Assembly (NCBI GenBank): GCA_965230955.1 | Contig: OZ246404.1 | Location: 1,060,024 to 1,124,023, forward strand | Origin: an uncultured Candidatus Saccharibacteria bacterium | Lineage (GTDB): Bacteria; Patescibacteriota; CALEFQ01 | DNA length: 64,000 nucleotides | Reading direction: 5' to 3' | Shown here: piece by piece, positions 38,418 to 47,359 of the stretch | Layout: each line of letters starts with the position of its first letter | How positions within the stretch are numbered: the stretch's first letter is position 1 | Made by a program: the position numbers and the translations under genes | Notes under the pieces: generated by a model | Database searches by the model: none | Seen by the model: the letters and a program-made list of their open reading frames with translations, nothing else | What the model was told of the DNA's origin: nothing

Positions 38418-39524
38418 TTATTGCTTAATCGGCATTACCACATAGGTATAGCCGTCTTTTTTGGCGCTTTTGAAGACGCCGGGGCCGGAAGAACTATTGG
38501 TCAAAAATTGAACTTGCTCATCTTTAAGGCAATTAAGACCATCCAACAAATAGCGATGATTGAAAATGACTTCTGAAGTTTCCCCTTTTATTTTGGCTTT
38601 TATTTTAGAATTATTTTTACCTACCTGGGAGGAAGATGCTTCGAGCGATGTTATTTGGGCCGGCACATTAAATTCAAAACGAATATCATTAGCACCTTCG
38701 CGTGAAAATAAACCGGTTACTTTTATACCCTGGAGTAGTTGATCGCGGTCATAAAGCGCCTCGGTTTGAAAATTGTCAGGGATAATTTGCTTGTAATCTG
38801 GGTATTGTCCCTCAACTAATCTGGTAACCAAGCTGGAATCTCCGTATTCAAACATCATTTCATTGTCGGATAAAGAAATAATCAATTTTTCTTCGGTTTC
38901 TTGTCCGATGATATGTAATAACTCAGCGAAGGTTCGGGAAGGGACAATGGCGTTTTTAGGCTTGCCTTCAATTTTTGCTCCGGAAATAATACCTTCAGCC
39001 AAACGATAACTGTCGGTCGCCGCCAAAGTCAATTGGCTGCCGACAAAAGACATAAAAACACCGGCTAATTCAGGGCGTGATTCATCCGAAGCGGCGGCAA
39101 AAACAACTTTTGAAATCAGAGAGACAAAGTCGGAAGCGCTGACAGTACAAATTTTCTTATCTTTTATTTTTGGAATCAGAGGAAATTCTTCAGGATCTAT
39201 GCCGTTTAGCGTGGCATTAAAATCGCCGCAAGAGATTTTTAATATTTTATCTTGTGATTGCAGGGTTATATTTTCAGGCGGTAAAGACCTGACATATTCG
39301 GATAATAATTTTGCGGGGACAGTCACAGATCCAGGTTCTTCGACTTTACCCCTTATTTTAACGGTAATTCCGGTTTTTATGTCGGTCGCTGAAAGTTTCA
39401 GTTGCCCATTTTCCGTTTGAATTAAAACATTAGCCAAGACCGGTAAGGTGGCGTCAGTCCCGACGGCTTGACTGACTATTGAAAGCCCGTGATTTAAATT
39501 TTCCTGAGTACAAATAATTCTCAT
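38418..39524 (-). CDS. dnaN: DNA polymerase III beta clamp
   Basis: LPVLANVL, SATD, SRPELAGV, ATDSYRL, G.YPDY, VMP. Confidence 0.97.
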   Translation of the reverse strand: MRIICTQENLNHGLSIVSQAVGTDATLPVLANVLIQTENGQLKLSATDIKTGITVKIRGKVEEPGSVTVPAKLLSEYVRSLPPENITLQSQDKILKISCGDFNATLNGIDPEEFPLIPKIKDKKICTVSASDFVSLISKVVFAAASDESRPELAGVFMSFVGSQLTLAATDSYRLAEGIISGAKIEGKPKNAIVPSRTFAELLHIIGQETEEKLIISLSDNEMMFEYGDSSLVTRLVEGQYPDYKQIIPDNFQTEALYDRDQLLQGIKVTGLFSREGANDIRFEFNVPAQITSLEASSSQVGKNNSKIKAKIKGETSEVIFNHRYLLDGLNCLKDEQVQFLTNSSSGPGVFKSAKKDGYTYVVMPIKQ

Positions 39525-39765
39525 AATAGTTAGTAATTTATTTAAATATCTTTATTGTATATAGTAAGGGTTGTGAATTCAGGGGAAAAGTGGTTTAAAG
39601 CTCTGAGTAGAAAGAAATTATTTGGGGATTGTAATTGGGTAAAGTTTTTGGATAAGGTGAATAAGATTCGTGATTAAATTTTTACTTGGTGAGAGAGTGG
39701 AAAACCGTATGTTTTTTCCACAATTTTTTCCACCCTATTTTTTACTTATACTCCGTTTATCCACT
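39525..39765. other. Probable replication origin (oriC), dnaA-dnaN intergenic region
   Basis: DnaA-box-like 9-mers at 39647, 39656, 39696, 39714, 39726, 39757; AT-rich segment 39525-39565; by eye the + strand turns G/T-rich to the right. Confidence 0.8.
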
Positions 39766-41125
39766 AGGGGAGATAAAGACGTTGGCGAATTAAATCAACT
39801 TCCTGGCGTAATTGTTCATTAGCATCAACTTCATCCTTTATTTTTTCACAAGCATGCATCGCGGTAGTATGATCTCGCCCGCCCAGTTCCGTACCGATTG
39901 AAGGGAATGATGCATTTATTTCCTCGCGCATTAAAAACATCGCAATCTGACGCGGATTAACTATTTCTTTTTTTCGACTCACTCCCTGTAAATCAGCAGC
40001 AGTCAGATTATAGAAGGTGGTGACGGTATCGATTATCTGTTTAGGCGATAAGGCTTTTTTCTTGGGATTGGCGATGATATTAGCCAAAACGTTTTTAGTC
40101 ATCTCAATGTCCGGCAGGTGGTCATTCAGTTGTGCATGGGCGATTACTCGGTTCAGCGCCCCTTCCAGTTCCCTGATATTGTGCTGAATATTATTGGCAA
40201 TATAATCAATAATATCATCACCGACATTGAACTTTTTATCCCTAGCTTTAGCGGAAAGAATCGCTTTTCTTGTCTCAAACTCAGGTTGCCCGATATCGGC
40301 AATCATCCCGCCCTCAAACCGGGAACGCAGACGATCTTCGATCGTCGGTATGGCTTTGGGCGGTCGATCGGAAGTAAAGACAGTTTGTTTATTGGCGTTG
40401 TAGAGAGAATTGAAAATATGAAACAGTTCTTCCTGGGTTTTTTCTTTACCGGAAAGAAATTGAATGTCATCAATCACCAAGACATCGTATTCCATATACA
40501 TGTTTTTGAATTTCTCGATGGAATTGTTCTTGATGGCATTGACCAATCCGCTGGTGAATCTCTCGCTGGTGGTGAAAAGTATGGTTTTTTGCGGAGCGCT
40601 GATTCTGATATGGTTTCCGATGGCGTGGAGAAGGTGTGTCTTCCCCAAACCGACCCCGCCGTAGATAAAGAGCGGATTGTATTGTTTGCCGGGGTTTTTC
40701 GCGACTGATTGGCAAGCGGCGTGGGCGAGTTCATTTGATGATCCGACCACGAAATTTTCGAAGGTATAACGTGGATTCAGGTTGGTCTTGCTGTCAACTT
40801 CTTCAAAAACAGGGATGGGAACCTGATTTTCTTGGACGGCCCGAGCGATAGGCAGCGCGGTGGCCGCTTGATGAGGAACCGTACCTATTTGATACGCCAC
40901 ACGCCGTATTTTGTTATTGGTTACTCGTTGGAGAGCGGAGAAGATCTCTTTATTGAGTTTGTTTTCAAGCCATTCTTTGGCGAAACCATGCGGAACGCCG
41001 ATAATAAATTCCCCGTTGTCCGAGGAAATAATGCCGGTACCTTTAAACCAGGTATTGAATTTAGCCTTACTAATGACGAGTTCTAGCTCACCAAGAACTG
41101 TTTGCCAAATTTGGTTATTATCCAT
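39764..41125 (-). CDS. dnaA: Chromosomal replication initiator DnaA
   Basis: LNPRYTFENFVVG, YNPLFIYGGVGLGKTHL, DDIQF, NIRELEG, GGRDHTT; start ATG 41125. Confidence 0.98.
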   Translation of the reverse strand: MDNNQIWQTVLGELELVISKAKFNTWFKGTGIISSDNGEFIIGVPHGFAKEWLENKLNKEIFSALQRVTNNKIRRVAYQIGTVPHQAATALPIARAVQENQVPIPVFEEVDSKTNLNPRYTFENFVVGSSNELAHAACQSVAKNPGKQYNPLFIYGGVGLGKTHLLHAIGNHIRISAPQKTILFTTSERFTSGLVNAIKNNSIEKFKNMYMEYDVLVIDDIQFLSGKEKTQEELFHIFNSLYNANKQTVFTSDRPPKAIPTIEDRLRSRFEGGMIADIGQPEFETRKAILSAKARDKKFNVGDDIIDYIANNIQHNIRELEGALNRVIAHAQLNDHLPDIEMTKNVLANIIANPKKKALSPKQIIDTVTTFYNLTAADLQGVSRKKEIVNPRQIAMFLMREEINASFPSIGTELGGRDHTTAMHACEKIKDEVDANEQLRQEVDLIRQRLYLP

Positions 41126-41409
41126 GCCGGCCCTTAGGTAAACGCCTGCCTTAACCGGCTCTGGAGCCGGTATCAGGGGCAAGTGCTTAGAGTTATTTTT
41201 AGTTTCACGACAAGTATAGCATAGAGAGGTGATAGATAGACGTCAAGGATTGTTTAAAAAGTGTTGATAGAATGTGTATGAAAATTTATTGACAGAATAT
41301 TTAATTTGTAAATTATTTTAAAATTTTGATATTTTTAGTCTCTGCGTTGACGCCTGTCAGAATCCAAGCTATACTGCTACTTGCTTATTATCACTTAAAT
41401 GTTGTTCTT

Positions 41410-41553
41410 ATGGGCAAAACTAAACGAACTTATCAGCCCAAGAAGCGGAAACGCGCCAGACAACACGGCTGGCGGAAACGAATGCGCAAGCGCGATGGGC
41501 GCAATGTTATCAAGCGCCGACGGGCTAAAGGTCGCCGTAAACTGACGGTTTAA
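41410..41553 (+). CDS. rpmH: 50S ribosomal protein L34
   Basis: [20 protein letters not shown]...RRRAKGR. Confidence 0.96.
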   Translation: MGKTKRTYQPKKRKRARQHGWRKRMRKRDGRNVIKRRRAKGRRKLTV

Positions 41554-41555
41554 TT

Positions 41556-41903
41556 ATGTTACCCCGTTCTTCTCGATTGTCAAAAGACTGGCTAATTAGC
41601 AAGGTCCGGCGTCGCGGGCGGCGGATATCGGGGCGTTTCTGCTTGGCTTTTGTTCTGGCCATGCCGAATTCTTCCTCCCCTACCAGATGCGCGATTATTG
41701 TGGCCAAGCAAGTTTCTAAACTGGCGGTCGAGCGAAATTTAGCCAAGCGCCGGGTCAGTGAAGTTTTACATGAGTTTTGGCCACGGCTTCGTCCCGGCTT
41801 TTCCTTGGTGTTATCGCTTTCGCCTCGTGCGCGACAGGTCTCATATCAAGAGTTGCGCCGGGATTTGGCTTCAACCTTGCTCAAAGCTCGTTTACTTGAC
41901 TGA
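41556..41903 (+). CDS. rnpA: Ribonuclease P protein component
   Basis: MLP...[16 protein letters not shown] motif; position after rpmH. Confidence 0.9.
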   Translation: MLPRSSRLSKDWLISKVRRRGRRISGRFCLAFVLAMPNSSSPTRCAIIVAKQVSKLAVERNLAKRRVSEVLHEFWPRLRPGFSLVLSLSPRARQVSYQELRRDLASTLLKARLLD

Positions 41904-41904
41904 G

Positions 41905-42156
41905 ATGACTATAATTACATCGTTTATTCTACGCCTGATCCGGTTTTATCAAAAGTACTTATCGCCGGATCATGGGATGCTATTTTCTCACCTCTACCCG
42001 GGCGGTTGTTGTAAATTCTACCCCACTTGCTCGGAATACGGCTATCAAGCGTTTAGCCGCTATGGGGTGATAAAGGGCGGATGGCTCACGATTAAGCGGA
42101 TTGTGCGCTGTAATCCTATCAGTTTGGGCGGGATTGATGAAGTTCCTAAGGCTTAA
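41905..42156 (+). CDS. yidD: Membrane protein insertion efficiency factor
   Basis: [25 protein letters not shown]...GG.D. Confidence 0.93.
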   Translation: MTIITSFILRLIRFYQKYLSPDHGMLFSHLYPGGCCKFYPTCSEYGYQAFSRYGVIKGGWLTIKRIVRCNPISLGGIDEVPKA

Positions 42157-42165
42157 AATGAATTT

Positions 42166-42975
42166 ATGAATTGGTTTATCTTAATCTATACCGAAGTTCT
42201 CTATAAACCGTTGTTTAACGCGATGGTTTTTTTGTATGATCTGATCCCTTGGCAGGGCTGGGCGTTGGCATTTGCGATCATTATTCTGACCCTGATTATA
42301 AAACTGGCCCTCTACACCATGTCTTCTCGCTCGATTATTGCCCAGCATGAAATGCAAGAGCTTCAGCCCAAACTGAACGATATTAAAGAGAAATACAAGA
42401 AAGACAAAGAAAAACAGAGCCAGGAGATAATGAAGTTTTACAAAGAAAACAAGATTAATCCTTTTTCTTCTTGTCTGCCATTACTGATCCAGCTGCCCAT
42501 ACTTATCGCTTTGTATCGGGTTTTTCTCAAGGGAATCAGTGATCCCAATGAATTAACCACCAATCTTTATCCTTTCATCACCAATCCCGGGCAGTTACAA
42601 GCCAATTTTTTGGGAGTTCTTGATTTTTCAACCCCAAATATAACATTGGCGATTCTGGCCGGAGTAGCTCAGTTTTTTCAATCCTGGCTGATGCTAAAAA
42701 TGCGGACCAAGAAAGAACTTGAACGCGAAGCGGAAAGAAAACGCCGAGCTAAACTAAAAGGCGGCGCTCCTGATTTTGCCGATACCGCCACCAATATGAC
42801 CAAGCAGATGACCTATGTCATGCCGGTCATTACTGTGTTTATTTCCCTCAGCTTACCCAGCGGACTGGCTTTTTACTGGATTATTACTACCCTCTTCGCT
42901 ATCGGCCAGCAATGGCTGGTCATGAAAAAGAAAGAACAGCTGGAATTAGCCGCCGAGAAAAAGAATAATTCCTAG
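42166..42975 (+). CDS. yidC: Membrane protein insertase YidC/Oxa1 (short form)
   Basis: AIIILT, LQPKL, NPFSSCLPLLIQLP, PSGLAFYW. Confidence 0.95.
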   Translation: MNWFILIYTEVLYKPLFNAMVFLYDLIPWQGWALAFAIIILTLIIKLALYTMSSRSIIAQHEMQELQPKLNDIKEKYKKDKEKQSQEIMKFYKENKINPFSSCLPLLIQLPILIALYRVFLKGISDPNELTTNLYPFITNPGQLQANFLGVLDFSTPNITLAILAGVAQFFQSWLMLKMRTKKELEREAERKRRAKLKGGAPDFADTATNMTKQMTYVMPVITVFISLSLPSGLAFYWIITTLFAIGQQWLVMKKKEQLELAAEKKNNS

Positions 42976-43036
42976 TATTCGCTTTTTGCCTTACCGCTCT
43001 GGTGTTAAAGATCAAAGATAAAGGATCAAAGAATAT

Positions 43037-43501
43037 ATGTCGCCAGAACAGCAAAAAATACTCCAGAAAATAATCTCTGAAATAGGCTATTATTTAGGGG
43101 AAAAAGCCAAGGTCGATTTTGATAATTCGAGCGATCCTTCGATCACACAAGTAAACATTACCGTTTCCGATCCATCTTTATTGCTAAGCGATGGTGGTGG
43201 AAATTTGATTGCCTGGCAGCATTTGTGCCGGATACTCTTTCGCAAACGAACTGAAACGGCGGTCAATTTTGTCCTGGATATCAATAATTATCGCCAGGAT
43301 CGGCAAAAATACCTGGCTTCTCTCGCCTTTGATATGGCTCAAAAAGTAGCCGAAGAAAAACGCTTAGTGATACTAAAGCCGATGAATTCCTACGAACGGC
43401 GGTTGATTCACCTGACTTTAGCGGAAGACAAGAGAGTATCGACCGAAAGCCTCGGTGAAGCGGAGGAACGACGAGTAATCATCAAACCTCAAAATAAATA
43501 A
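43037..43501 (+). CDS. jag: Jag/KhpB-like RNA-binding protein (KH-like + R3H, no N-terminal Jag domain)
   Basis: LDINNYR, PMNSYERRLIH, TESLGE...RRVII. Confidence 0.88.
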   Translation: MSPEQQKILQKIISEIGYYLGEKAKVDFDNSSDPSITQVNITVSDPSLLLSDGGGNLIAWQHLCRILFRKRTETAVNFVLDINNYRQDRQKYLASLAFDMAQKVAEEKRLVILKPMNSYERRLIHLTLAEDKRVSTESLGEAEERRVIIKPQNK

Positions 43502-43503
43502 AC

Positions 43504-44049
43504 ATGTCCAAGTGTCGCGCGTCTAATTTGGTCGGGAAGGTATTAAAAAATACCGATCCGAAAATTTCCGATGATAAATTGCTCCATTTATTAGTCAATG
43601 CTGATAATGGGGCTATTTTGGCTTTTATCGGCCGGAAGCAGATACTTGTGCCGGATAAAATTATACTCTCCCCCGCTCCGGTCAAGCTCCTGGGCCGATT
43701 ACCGGAGACAGAAAGTAAAGAATTTATCCATTTGGCGCTGAAAAATCGCCAGTTTGTGCTGAAAAGCCGGGTTGAAACCGAGAGCGGGCACTATTTGGGA
43801 CGAGTTTTCGATTTTGAATTTGATGATATTTCTTGGAAAATACAGCGTATTTTTATTTCTGATCGGATTTTGTTTCGAGCGCTGACCGAGCAGTTGCAAA
43901 TCCCCAAAGAAGATATTTTATTTATCGGCAAAGACAAAATAATCGTCCGGGACGGGCTAATCAAGCGCGAAAACATGGCTCGAGTGGCTCAGCCCAACTC
44001 GGAATATGTCGGCGCGGACAGCGGTGCCACTTTGAGTAGAAACCTCTGA
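43504..44049 (+). CDS. PRC-barrel domain protein
   Basis: Two repeats; VETESG.YLG.V.D.EFD...W.I, IP..DI..IG.D.IIV. Confidence 0.75.
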   Translation: MSKCRASNLVGKVLKNTDPKISDDKLLHLLVNADNGAILAFIGRKQILVPDKIILSPAPVKLLGRLPETESKEFIHLALKNRQFVLKSRVETESGHYLGRVFDFEFDDISWKIQRIFISDRILFRALTEQLQIPKEDILFIGKDKIIVRDGLIKRENMARVAQPNSEYVGADSGATLSRNL

Positions 44050-44064
44050 ATCAATCTTTTTTAC

Positions 44065-44095
44065 AAAAACACCCGCCGATTCGGCGGGTGTTTTT
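44065..44095. terminator. Bidirectional terminator
   Basis: aaaaacacccgccgattcggcgggtgttttt. Confidence 0.85.
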
Positions 44096-44105
44096 CTCTT
44101 ATTCT

Positions 44106-45074
44106 TTAAAGCGAAATCAGTTCCGCGCGGACCACAATTCGCTGGTGATTTGTCCCGACCGGATAGCAGGAAATTATACTTAGCGTCGGCCGATTGGTTT
44201 TGCGGAAAATATTCGGATCGGCCGGATCGTAATCGTTTTTCCGTGAAGTTATTCGATAGCGCAATTTAATCGAACCGCCGGTGATGACTATTTCATCACC
44301 ACGCTCGACTTTATCCAAATTGGCGCAGAGAGTATCGTAATCTCCGCGCGATCCAAAACGGCCGGAGCTGTGACAGAAAAATACCGCATCTCCGTCTTCG
44401 CCCGGGAAAGCCGTTTTATCGTAATGGACATAGCCTCCCTTGAGCCCTTCATAAATTTCCGGCTCGTCACGCGAAGTGACAAAGACCAAAGGAGCCGATG
44501 TCCCTATTTTTGAAATTTCCATGGCATAATTTTCCAAATCCGGATTGATTCTGATAATTGATCCGTCGAGCGGGTTTGAGCCGCTCATGATTTCTATCCC
44601 GTCATTTACTCCATCGCCGTCCGAATCAGGCAGAGAGGAATTTGTTCCATATCGATCACGTTCCCATTCGTCTTTAATCAGGTCGCGGTCGCTGTCCACC
44701 ACTCCTTGGTAAGTACTTCGAGGATCGTAGCCGTTTTCCAGCTCTTCTTTATCGCTAAAACTATCTCCGTCGGTATCGGTATTTTTCGGATTGGTTTGAA
44801 AGAAACTTGTTTCCAGGTAATCGGGCAGTCCGTCTTCATCGGTGTCAATTTTGGCCAGGGCGGTAGGCTTTTCGCCGTTTATCGTCGCGCCTTCGGCTGA
44901 TTCTTCGGTCGGCTCCGCGCTCATACTATTGGTGCTAAACCAATAACCGACTTCCGCCTTAATTTGGTCAAACATAATGATTGCCGGAGCGATCGCCAGC
45001 CCTAAAAATATCACAAAAGTGATCCAAAAAAGTTTTGATTTCCGTTTAGGTTGCGGGAAGATCACTTCAGCCAT
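44106..45074 (-). CDS. Sortase with DxDxDG Ca-binding repeats
   Basis: TM anchor, DTDxDG repeats, catalytic H (CHSS), C (ISCYP) and R (HQRIVV). Confidence 0.88.
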   Translation of the reverse strand: MAEVIFPQPKRKSKLFWITFVIFLGLAIAPAIIMFDQIKAEVGYWFSTNSMSAEPTEESAEGATINGEKPTALAKIDTDEDGLPDYLETSFFQTNPKNTDTDGDSFSDKEELENGYDPRSTYQGVVDSDRDLIKDEWERDRYGTNSSLPDSDGDGVNDGIEIMSGSNPLDGSIIRINPDLENYAMEISKIGTSAPLVFVTSRDEPEIYEGLKGGYVHYDKTAFPGEDGDAVFFCHSSGRFGSRGDYDTLCANLDKVERGDEIVITGGSIKLRYRITSRKNDYDPADPNIFRKTNRPTLSIISCYPVGTNHQRIVVRAELISL

Positions 45075-45083
45075 AAGGATTTT

Positions 45084-46562
45084 TTATAAATACGCTTTCC
45101 GTCGGACAAAAACCAGGGTGATACCGGCGATTATTGTCAGAGCCATGAAAACAAAGAGATAAGTTAAGGAATTTCCGCCGGTCTTTACCATTGTTTGATC
45201 TTCCGGAGCCACACGATCGGCTGTTTCTTCCGGAGCGATAGTGGTGGTGGGTGTTATCGTCGCCGTGGTGGCGGCTGTTACCGTCACGGTTGGGGTCGGA
45301 GTGACTACCGGAGTGGCGGTGGGAGTCAAAACAGGAGTCGCTGTCGGAACCGGCGTTGTGGCAGGAGTAGGCGTGATAACCGGAGTATTGGCCGGTACCG
45401 GAGTGATGTTTGGTGTCAAAGCCGAAGCAATCGCCAGGGAGGAAGGGCTGTTATTATTACTTACTTTGCGTGAGCCATTCATAGCCAAGGTTGCGGTATT
45501 GGTGATGGTAGTTTGATCCGCAGTGTCGCTTTTAACGGTGACCTGAAAACGAATCAGCTGGGTTTGGCCGCTCTGTAAGGAAATATTGGCAATTTCCACA
45601 TTAGTTTCGCTGGAATTGTCCTTGGAACCGGTTGGGGTACTCAGTACTGTTAATCTTTCAGTGGCAGCCGGAATAGCATCCGAGACGGATAATCCATCCA
45701 GTTCGGATTCGGCGGAATTGTGCAGAGTTAAGGTATATGTTATCCGGTCGCCTTTTTGAAGCGAGGTCCCGCTGGCGGGATCGGAGGTCTCGGTAAAGGT
45801 AATATCATCCAGTGAGGCTAATTTAGGGGTGGTGGAAATGGTATCGGACGGCACGGTGGCGAGAGGAGAGGTTTTTTCGATTCCCACTGCCACTAAAACT
45901 TGATGATAGGTGTTTTTCACTTCAGTCGGAAAAACGAAGTATCCGACCAATCCGGCCGCGACTAAAGCAAATACAACAATCATTGTCGTCATTAGTGCCG
46001 GTGATAGCCGCCGGGAGCGAAAACTCTTCGGGGGTAAAATTGTTTTAGCGGTATCGGCCGCCGGAGTTGGTCTCGATTTCGGTGTTAAGGGAACTGATTT
46101 AGGTCGAATCGGCATCGGCTGGGGTCTTTGAAATTGAGACGCAGAAGTTGATCCTGAAGAAACCATCCGTTTTGGCGCCGTGGAGGGAGAAAAACGCTGG
46201 TATCGGTAAGGCGTGCCGGGAGTCACCGGTTTGGGCGGGATAGGCGGTGTCGGCCTGGCGGGAGCCTGGTTGTAGTCACCTGGCGTGGTTTTAGGCCGTA
46301 TTGGTGATGTAATTGGCACGGAGGGTTTCATTGTAGGGGTTCCGGTCTGTCTGAGGTCCTTATAGTTAACGTTTTTAACCGGCGGTGTCGGTGTTTGAAA
46401 AGGCTTATCTCCCCTGTCAAAAGGGCGCGGGGTATTCTGATTAGCCGAAAAACGCGATGGAACCATCGGTGGTTTTGCTGGCTTCTGAGCCGGAGATCCC
46501 GAGGACAAGGGACGAGAAGTCAGCGGTGCCCGAGGTTGGGAATTGTCAAAGAGGTTAGCCAT
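45084..46562 (-). CDS. Probable sortase substrate: Pro-rich N-terminus, TM, DUF11-like domain, PT linker, VKTG sorting signal
   Basis: GDRITYTLTL.N...VSDAIP; C-terminal MVKTGG + hydrophobic segment + RRK. Confidence 0.8.
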   Translation of the reverse strand: MANLFDNSQPRAPLTSRPLSSGSPAQKPAKPPMVPSRFSANQNTPRPFDRGDKPFQTPTPPVKNVNYKDLRQTGTPTMKPSVPITSPIRPKTTPGDYNQAPARPTPPIPPKPVTPGTPYRYQRFSPSTAPKRMVSSGSTSASQFQRPQPMPIRPKSVPLTPKSRPTPAADTAKTILPPKSFRSRRLSPALMTTMIVVFALVAAGLVGYFVFPTEVKNTYHQVLVAVGIEKTSPLATVPSDTISTTPKLASLDDITFTETSDPASGTSLQKGDRITYTLTLHNSAESELDGLSVSDAIPAATERLTVLSTPTGSKDNSSETNVEIANISLQSGQTQLIRFQVTVKSDTADQTTITNTATLAMNGSRKVSNNNSPSSLAIASALTPNITPVPANTPVITPTPATTPVPTATPVLTPTATPVVTPTPTVTVTAATTATITPTTTIAPEETADRVAPEDQTMVKTGGNSLTYLFVFMALTIIAGITLVFVRRKAYL

Positions 46563-46740
46563 AAAAGATATTTACGAGTGTCCAGAGGGCTGTTTTGGCT
46601 TTTTATAAGCCAAAACTTAGCTTATCTTCCGAAACACTCTATTTAAGCATAAAAATACCAATAGGTCAATAAAATGGATTGTATTTTAGTCTTATTACCT
46701 TTAATTACCATTGTTTTTGGTAAATCTGAGGTAAAAAATA

Positions 46741-46764
46741 AGGGAGAACCCATTGGTTCACCCT
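46741..46764 (-). promoter_or_regulatory. Conserved 5'-leader palindrome, second copy
   Basis: AGGGTGAACCAATGGGTTCTCCCT downstream of TTGACA-17-TATAAT (46790-46818). Confidence 0.6.
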
Positions 46765-47020
46765 TACTTATTTTTTACTTTGTAATCTAATTATAGCAGG
46801 AAAATTAAAGTCTGTCAAAGGGAAAAGGTGGAAAAAAGGATATTGGAGTAAAGAGTCTTTCGTAAAACTCTTTATAACAATATCCTCTCGTCAGAGTTGA
46901 TTTAGGCTTGTCCTGATTCGTCCGGTATTCTTTTCTGTGGTTTAATTTGACCGGTGCAATAAGATTGAGCCAATGGGTAATCACTGGGAGTTGGCGGTTT
47001 CCCTTTTTTTCTTATGATAG

Positions 47021-47146
47021 TTATTTCGCAATTTCACATTCGAATGGGGCAGAGTCAAACTTGGGTGGTCCAAATATTATTTGAACCTCTTTGCCGGCGA
47101 GAAAATCTGACAATAGTTCTCCCGGTACCTGAAAGAAGATTTTCAT
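47021..47146 (-). CDS. 41-aa ORF (MKIFFQVPGELLSDFLAGKEVQ...), possibly a frameshifted remnant
   Basis: AGGAGG SD, upstream TTGACA, terminator-like hairpin at ~46833-46886. Confidence 0.45.
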   Translation of the reverse strand: MKIFFQVPGELLSDFLAGKEVQIIFGPPKFDSAPFECEIAK

Positions 47147-47359
47147 TTTTCCTCCTGTTTCCGTCACAAGATTGTGACCAATTACCTTAGCAAATGCCGA
47201 GATTGTGTCAACTGCGCAGAAAAGTAAACAATTGACTTTTGGCTTAAATAAGGCTAGAATCCAGATATATTTATCGTCTTTCTTTCTTGTGAATCTAGCC
47301 TGATTTCACTTAGTGAATCAGCTTTAGGAGATTTTTGGCAGTTTAAGAAACATCGTTTT

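Noticed and set aside
41126-41182. Long N-terminal extensions in the ORF track (dnaA, ruvC, rpmH, yidD, clpC and others)
   Set aside because: They come from upstream TTG/GTG or out-of-context starts; family N-termini match downstream ATGs.
41200-41216. parS site near oriC
   Set aside because: GTTTCACG half-site only; not palindromic.
45241-45420. Pro/Thr repeats here and at 16441-16530 as DNA repeat elements
   Set aside because: These are protein linkers with varied synonymous codons.
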